This document shows positions 58,503 through 64,000 of a DNA stretch of 64,000 nucleotides, piece after piece; the first letter of the stretch is position 1; each line of letters starts with the position of its first letter. Source of the DNA: Candidatus Bathyarchaeota archaeon (GTDB lineage Archaea; Thermoproteota; Bathyarchaeia; Bathyarchaeales; Bathycorpusculaceae); NCBI GenBank assembly GCA_963833575.1, contig CAWHXY010000004.1:512001-576000 (forward strand). The letters run 5' to 3'. The notes below the pieces were generated by a model. That model did not search any database. It was not told where the DNA came from and saw only the letters and a program-made list of their open reading frames with translations. The position numbers and the translations under genes were made by a program.

Positions 58503-59195
58503 TTAGTTTATTATCTTAATTCTTATGGCACGAAAACCTCGTGCACAAGGATTTAAGGTTTCTGCCAATTTAACCTTTGTCAATACCTTTTCAGCGTCAA
58601 CCGCGTAATTACGTACATCATGCTCAGCGGCTATAAGTGAATTAAGATAAATGCGGTCTTGATGAACTATTGGTTGACACATATAGGGCAAACCTAACAA
58701 GATAGGCTCTTTTTCAGCCAGCACTTTCTTGCATGCAAATAAAATTGCTTCCGCCCCAGCTGTTAATTCCGCAATTCGCACGGGAACACTTTCCTTCCCA
58801 ATAGCCAACATGTCGATATCATGTAAACGTTTAACTTCTCCAGCGATCTTTCTAAGTCTGGGCAGAATCTTGAGAATGTTTTGCCTTCCAGTTCTAGATG
58901 CTCGCAGGTTTGTAAGCTCAACTGGCGACAAGTCCTCAATCGAGACGCCGCCAAGCGTCATATCGAGATGGATAACATCAGCTTTCATTTTATCAAGCAA
59001 GGTCCTACAAAGCTCCGCTTCATGCACGATCACATCAAACCCAGTTTCAACTTCCTTAAAAATTGGTTCAGCCAACCGGTAAGATGGCTCACGAAATGGC
59101 GGCTCAACGAGCACGGAAGCGGAGGCAACAAGGTACAGTGGCTTAGACTGCTGGTCCAATATTGCTGCTGCAGAATCCGCTGATATAACTCTCAA
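58503..59195 (-). CDS. DUF4152-like RNase H-fold archaeal protein
   Basis: MRVISADS.AA, HLDMTLGG, AIGKES.PVRIAEL. Confidence 0.65.
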   Translation of the reverse strand: MRVISADSAAAILDQQSKPLYLVASASVLVEPPFREPSYRLAEPIFKEVETGFDVIVHEAELCRTLLDKMKADVIHLDMTLGGVSIEDLSPVELTNLRASRTGRQNILKILPRLRKIAGEVKRLHDIDMLAIGKESVPVRIAELTAGAEAILFACKKVLAEKEPILLGLPYMCQPIVHQDRIYLNSLIAAEHDVRNYAVDAEKVLTKVKLAETLNPCARGFRAIRIKIIN

Positions 59196-59233
59196 GTCTC
59201 CACACCATTAACAATAGTGGCTAAAACAAGAAA

Positions 59234-59875
59234 TTAGCTTTCCCCTTCGCATTTAAGCTTGGATTTCAGACCCAAAGCCAAAAGATACATCTCTGAACTT
59301 TTTTGTCGGCTAGCCGGAGGCTTCACTATCTTAACAGTATCAAAAAGTTCCTTAACCTTCAGGATGTACTCGTTGAACATTTCGCCTTCGAAGAGTTTAA
59401 CAAAAAAGTTTCCACCGGGATGAAGTATGCGTTGGGCTATTTCTAATGCCTGGGTGGCCAATTCGATTTGACATGCGTGGTCAACTTCCCAAACACCCGT
59501 TATGTTTGGTGCAGCATCAGAAATTACTGCATCTGCTTCTCGAGGAAGAAAAGAACGTATTTGTTCAACTGTGTCTGGTTCGGTGAAGTCTGCAATTATG
59601 GTTCGGACATATTCCTGGGTGAAGGGGTCAATTGGTTTCAGATCAATTCCCAAAATGAAGCCGTTTTTTCCAGTCATTTTTCTTGCAGCTTGAATCCAGC
59701 CGCCTGGCGCTGCACCTAAATCAACTAGTACGCTGTTTCTTTTAATGAATCCGTATTTCTCGTTAGCTTGAACTAGTTTGTATGTGGCTCTAGAACGGTA
59801 GTTTTCTTCTTTAGCTTTCTTGTAGTAGTATTCACGTTTTCTATCTCGGATCCAAGCTTTCGGCAGCGGAATCAT
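59234..59875 (-). CDS. rlmE: 23S rRNA 2'-O-methyltransferase RlmE/FtsJ
   Basis: YRSRA.YKL, DLGAAPGGW, SDAAPN, VK.F, SSE.Y (K-D-K-E tetrad). Confidence 0.9.
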   Translation of the reverse strand: MIPLPKAWIRDRKREYYYKKAKEENYRSRATYKLVQANEKYGFIKRNSVLVDLGAAPGGWIQAARKMTGKNGFILGIDLKPIDPFTQEYVRTIIADFTEPDTVEQIRSFLPREADAVISDAAPNITGVWEVDHACQIELATQALEIAQRILHPGGNFFVKLFEGEMFNEYILKVKELFDTVKIVKPPASRQKSSEMYLLALGLKSKLKCEGES

Positions 59876-60299
59876 CCTCCTCTATGCTCGCCTCGCTTGG
59901 CGCCTTTGGTTCGTTTGGATCCTCGGGAGTTACGGGAGCAGCAGTTGCTTCTTTTCCTAAACCAAGTATCCAATCAGTAAGTTTGGGGCAGGTTTTAGGA
60001 GAAAGCGCGGTTGTTGGATCACATCTTGCATTGTCTGGGCACAATAAGCATGGGCAATCTACGATAGTTTCTATTGATGCTGGAAGCCTTTTTGGGTAAA
60101 GCCTATAGGTCCATCTGCCTTCTTGAAGTTCTTTTTCCCGTCGAATTAACCCTTTTTCTTCTAGTTTGATGGAGACGCGTGAGCCTTCTCGACTGCTTGC
60201 GCCTAGTTCACGCCATAAATCTGATTGAAGCACGCCTTGATAGCCCGTGTTTACCACATAATGGAGTGCTTTCTGTTCAAGATCATTACGTTTAGGCAT
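59841..60299 (-). CDS. Transcription factor E beta subunit (RPC34/C39-like wHTH with Fe-S Cys cluster)
   Basis: GVLQSDLW..L...LEEKGLI wHTH; CPCLLCPDNARC...SPKTC..L.DW matches the RPC34 C-terminal pattern. Confidence 0.75.
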   Translation of the reverse strand: MPKRNDLEQKALHYVVNTGYQGVLQSDLWRELGASSREGSRVSIKLEEKGLIRREKELQEGRWTYRLYPKRLPASIETIVDCPCLLCPDNARCDPTTALSPKTCPKLTDWILGLGKEATAAPVTPEDPNEPKAPSEASIEEDDSAAESLDPR

Positions 60300-60381
60300 C
60301 GTATCAATTCCAAATAATGCAATTAGAATATAAGCGTTGAATCCAGATAAAAATATGTATCCCTTAAAAATGTGGAATCAC

Positions 60382-61416
60382 ATGAAAAAACCGCCAAAAC
60401 AAAATCAGAAAGAAGAAAGCTATTGTTTAGGGATAGAATCTTCTGCAGATGACTTCGGCATCGGAATTTCTAGCTTTAAAGGAGAAATACTTGCAAACAA
60501 ATATGACAGCTACATTCCTGTGGAAGGTGGAATTCACCCCAGAGAAGCAGCAAGGCATCATTCGGAAGTGGCTGATAAAGTGCTACATGACGCGTTGACC
60601 TTTGCTGGTTTGAAACCGGATGATTTGTCAGTTATTGCATTTTCTCAAGGTCCAGGCTTGGGTCCAAGCCTGCGAACTGGCGCTACAGTTGCCCGAGCCT
60701 TGGCTTCTTACCTTGATATTCCGCTCGTAGGCGTTAACCATTCTGTAGCTCATATTGAGATTGGAAAACTCAAAACAGGCGTTGCCGATCCAGTGACGCT
60801 TTATGTCTCCGGAGGCAACACTATGGTTACTGCTTTTGAGGCTGGCCGCTACAGAGTTTTTGGCGAAACCTTAGACATTGCCCTTGGAAATTGTCTCGAT
60901 GTTTTCGCAAGAGAAGCAGGGCTTAAACATCAAAAAGGGGTGCCGCTTGGTGCTGCCGTGGAACGTTTAGCGGCTAGAGGCAAAAACTTAGTTTCTTTGC
61001 CCTACGTTGTGAAAGGCATGGATCTTTCGCTTAGCGGCTTATTGACGTCAGCTACTGCTCAGCTGCACTGTGATAATTGTTGCTTGGAGGATTTGTGTTT
61101 TAGTCTCCAGGAGTATGCTTTTTCTATGGTTGCTGAAGTTACTGAGCGAGCTTTAGCTCATACCGAAAAAAGACAAGTTTTGCTGACTGGAGGAGTAGCG
61201 GCAAATAAACGACTTCAATCTATGCTCGCCATTATTGCTGAGGAGCATGATGCACAGTTTAATGTGGTTCCGATTGAATTTGCGACCGATAATGGCGCTA
61301 TGATCGCGTGGACTGGTGTTTTAGCTTACCAACATGGGTTAGTTACACCTTTAGATGAAAGTTTTGTAAAACTTCGCTGGCGTGTGGATAAGGTAGATGT
61401 GCCATGGATACAGTGA
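60382..61416 (+). CDS. kae1: KEOPS t6A synthase Kae1
   Basis: LGIES, GGIHP, GPGLG, VNH..AHIE, LYVSGG, GGVAAN, DNGAMIA. Confidence 0.95.
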   Translation: MKKPPKQNQKEESYCLGIESSADDFGIGISSFKGEILANKYDSYIPVEGGIHPREAARHHSEVADKVLHDALTFAGLKPDDLSVIAFSQGPGLGPSLRTGATVARALASYLDIPLVGVNHSVAHIEIGKLKTGVADPVTLYVSGGNTMVTAFEAGRYRVFGETLDIALGNCLDVFAREAGLKHQKGVPLGAAVERLAARGKNLVSLPYVVKGMDLSLSGLLTSATAQLHCDNCCLEDLCFSLQEYAFSMVAEVTERALAHTEKRQVLLTGGVAANKRLQSMLAIIAEEHDAQFNVVPIEFATDNGAMIAWTGVLAYQHGLVTPLDESFVKLRWRVDKVDVPWIQ

Positions 61417-62063
61417 CTGAAAAAACACTGTTTAAGAAGGGTGCAGAAGCAAGCCTTTATGCTGCCAACTGGAATGGCCAAAAAGTGATAATTAAAATCC
61501 GAATCCCCAAAAAGTACCGTCCAGAAGCGATGGATAAGCAAATTCGAAGTTACCGCACCGTTCATGAACCACAATTGATGCACGAAGCGAAAGTCGCCGA
61601 GGTACCAACGCCACTGATTTACATGGTTAATGTTCCTGAGGCTTCGATTACAATGGAGTTTGTAGAAGGGCAACAGATTAAGCATTTATTAAACAAAGCA
61701 TCGTCGGATAAGCGCAAGGAAATTTGCATTGCAATTGGCGAATTAATCGGTAAGCTCCACAGACACGGCTTAATCCACGGCGACTTAACAACTTCAAACA
61801 TGATTCTTAGCCCTGAAGGCAAAATCTTCTTCGTGGACTTCGGATTAGGAGAAAAAAACATGGAAGTGGAGGCACAGGGAGTGGATTTGCATTTGATGAA
61901 GCGAGCGTTACAGAGTACGCATTACTTGTTTTGGGAAGAATGCTTTAAGGCCGTGATGTGCGGTTACTCCTCAGTTTTGGGCGCTGAGACTGCTGAGAAG
62001 GTTTATGAGAAAATAAAAGAAATAGAGAGGCGTGGTCGATACGTCGAAGAAAGAAAACAATAA
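61404..62063 (+). CDS. bud32: KEOPS kinase Bud32
   Basis: GAEA, K.R.PK.YR, HGDLTTSN, DFGL, RGRY. Confidence 0.9.
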   Translation: MDTVTEKTLFKKGAEASLYAANWNGQKVIIKIRIPKKYRPEAMDKQIRSYRTVHEPQLMHEAKVAEVPTPLIYMVNVPEASITMEFVEGQQIKHLLNKASSDKRKEICIAIGELIGKLHRHGLIHGDLTTSNMILSPEGKIFFVDFGLGEKNMEVEAQGVDLHLMKRALQSTHYLFWEECFKAVMCGYSSVLGAETAEKVYEKIKEIERRGRYVEERKQ

Positions 62064-62667
62064 AAAAGCATGCAACATCGATAGCAAGGTTGTCTTTTTC
62101 GCCACAGGCAACATCAACAAGTTCAATGAAGCCAGAAGCATCCTAAGTCCCTATGGCATCTCAATTGGATTATTACGCATGAAAGGCGACGAGATACAAA
62201 GCGACGCCCTCGTAGAAATCGCAAAATCCAGCGTCGTTAACGCATACAAGCGAACGCACTTGCCTATTTTTGTTGAAGATGCAGGTTTATTCATTGAAAC
62301 CCTAAACGGTTTTCCTGGTCCATATGCAGCTTACGTTTACAAGACAATTCTCAATACTGGCATACTAAAGTTGATGGAAAAGACATATAATAGGCAAGCT
62401 GAATTCCAGTCAGTCATAGCTTATTGCGATCAAACCCTCAGTGAACCGCAAGTTTTCGACGGCGAATCCAAAGGCGAAATAACCCTGTCCGAACGCAAAC
62501 CTAAGGGCAAAGCCCATTTCGGCTTTGACCCGATTTTTCAGCCAGATGGAAGCGAAAAATCTTTTGCAGAAATGACAACTGAAGAGAAAAACGGTTTTTC
62601 GCACCGAGCAATGGCAATACGGAAATTTGCTAAATGGTTCAAGAATAATATAAGAAACGAAATCTAA
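62032..62667 (+). CDS. Non-canonical purine NTP pyrophosphatase (Ham1/RdgB)
   Basis: ATGN..K..E, EDAGL, GFPGPY, FGFDPIF, SHR; start uncertain. Confidence 0.9.
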   Translation: MVDTSKKENNKKACNIDSKVVFFATGNINKFNEARSILSPYGISIGLLRMKGDEIQSDALVEIAKSSVVNAYKRTHLPIFVEDAGLFIETLNGFPGPYAAYVYKTILNTGILKLMEKTYNRQAEFQSVIAYCDQTLSEPQVFDGESKGEITLSERKPKGKAHFGFDPIFQPDGSEKSFAEMTTEEKNGFSHRAMAIRKFAKWFKNNIRNEI

Positions 62668-62742
62668 AATTTAATTTTTTATCTTAGGCATTACTTTTAA
62701 ATATTCGTGAACTATGGTTTAGGTGCAGTTTAAGGTGTAAAG

Positions 62743-63183
62743 ATGCCAAAGCAAGAAAAAGGAAAGTCCCATTCGATTCGTCCAGTAAGTAGGCGTCCTC
62801 CAAGCTGGTGCAAATATCAGCCTGAAGAAGTAGAATCATTCATAATAAAATTGGCCAAAGAAGGCCATTCAATGAGTAGCATAGGCACCATCCTTAGGGA
62901 TCAATATGCAATTCCCCTTGTGAAGCCGATTGTTGGTAAAAGCATAAGCGATGTTTTGGAAGCAGCAAACCTTGCCCCAACAATGCCAGAAGACCTATCG
63001 AACCTCATGAAAAAAGCTCAGAGCCTTGCAGTTCATATGGATAAAAACAAGAAAGACCTCCATAACAAACGCAATATGCAAATCATCGAAGCAAGAATTC
63101 ACAAGCTCTCCAGATACTATAAGCGTGAAGGCGTCTTAGCAAAGAACTGGAAGTACGAAGCAAAAATCGCTTCAGTAACCTAA
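62743..63183 (+). CDS. rps15: 30S ribosomal protein S15 (uS15/S13e)
   Basis: GKS.S.RP, IG.ILRDQY, PEDL..L, H...NKKD, IE.RI..L.RYY. Confidence 0.95.
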   Translation: MPKQEKGKSHSIRPVSRRPPSWCKYQPEEVESFIIKLAKEGHSMSSIGTILRDQYAIPLVKPIVGKSISDVLEAANLAPTMPEDLSNLMKKAQSLAVHMDKNKKDLHNKRNMQIIEARIHKLSRYYKREGVLAKNWKYEAKIASVT

Positions 63184-63281
63184 ACCTTTCTTATCTTTTG
63201 TTTTATGTTTTCATTTTGTAAGTCGATACGCCAGCTTTAAATCTAATCAACTCTCTTTAGCCAAAAGAGTGGGAACTTTAC

Positions 63282-64000
63282 ATGGCAGTAGAACAAGTAT
63301 CTATTGAACGTTTTTTAGCTTCAGCGACAGAAGCATCAAAAGTAATTTTGGAAACAGTCCAGAAAGATGGATTTATTCATTGTTTTTCGCATTTGGATGC
63401 AGATGGAATTGCTGCCGCAGGAGTGATAACTAAAGCACTCTTTCGTCTTGACGCAAAGTTTAGGATTAGAATCACTCAGCAGCTTGACGAAAAAATCATC
63501 AGCGAAATTGTCACTGATAAACCGCAACTGGTAATTTTGACGGATTTTGGAAGCGGTTATCTTGACCTTTTAAACGAAAAGATCCCGAATTCAAAAGTTC
63601 TAATTCTTGACCATCATCAAATAAACGGCACGGTAAGCAATGCAAATTTTGTTCAAGTAAACCCTCATATGTTTGGTATTGACGGAGCAAGCGATGTTAG
63701 CGGTTCAGGTGTTGCTTACTTTGTTGCTAAAGCTGTAAACAGGGCAAATGTTGATTTGGCTCCCGTGGCAATAGTTGGCGCTCTTGGGGACATGCAGGAT
63801 AAGTATGAACAAAGAAGCCTATGCGGTTTAAACGAAATAATTGTTAACGATGCAGTAGCTGCGGGTTTGATTAAAGTTGAAAAAGACCTAACATTTTTCG
63901 GTAGAGAAACCCGCCCAATCCATAGAACATTGGCGACTACAACTAACCCGTTTATTCCGGGCTTGAGCGGAGAAGAAGACAAAGCCTTAGCGTTCCTTGA
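63282..64000 (+). CDS. DHH family phosphoesterase (RecJ-like), truncated by the window end
   Basis: Manual translation: SHLDADG, TDFGSG, ILDHH, NPH..G.DG, VGALGD; absent from the track because there is no stop in the window. Confidence 0.85.
   Translation, partial: MAVEQVSIERFLASATEASKVILETVQKDGFIHCFSHLDADGIAAAGVITKALFRLDAKFRIRITQQLDEKIISEIVTDKPQLVILTDFGSGYLDLLNEKIPNSKVLILDHHQINGTVSNANFVQVNPHMFGIDGASDVSGSGVAYFVAKAVNRANVDLAPVAIVGALGDMQDKYEQRSLCGLNEIIVNDAVAAGLIKVEKDLTFFGRETRPIHRTLATTTNPFIPGLSGEEDKALAFL

Noticed and set aside
60382-64000. kae1-bud32-ham1-rps15-DHH cluster as a novel system
   Set aside because: This is a widely conserved archaeal gene order

Overview
Gene-dense, low-GC archaeal chromosomal window, most consistent with a Bathyarchaeia (TACK) genome. 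This assignment is inferred from TFE-alpha plus an RPC34-like TFE-beta, arcadin-1, archaeal ThrRS/ProRS, NAC, cdc48, the KEOPS genes followed by rps15, and frequent TTG/GTG starts. Most of the window is housekeeping: tRNA modification, translation, proteasome, DNA repair and NAD synthesis. It also holds one tRNA-Val(TAC), two decayed pseudogenes and several microproteins missing from the ORF track. No CRISPR array, rRNA or transposase was seen. The top candidate system is a redox/sulfur island at 4.4-11.1 kb. Its IscS has Asp in place of the PLP Schiff-base Lys (Archaeoglobus-type, probably not a desulfurase) and lies directly downstream of the persulfide carriers DsrE and TusA and upstream of IscU and a Cys-rich microprotein. 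Beside it are an orphan lipoyl-carrier GcvH, a CoA-disulfide-reductase-like flavoprotein and OsmC. The second candidate is hflX, whose N-terminal 116 codons have no ATG/GTG/TTG start and overlap the end of mbf1 in the -1 frame at a GAGGAG...CGA AAG signal. All product calls come from motif recognition by eye; no database searches were run.
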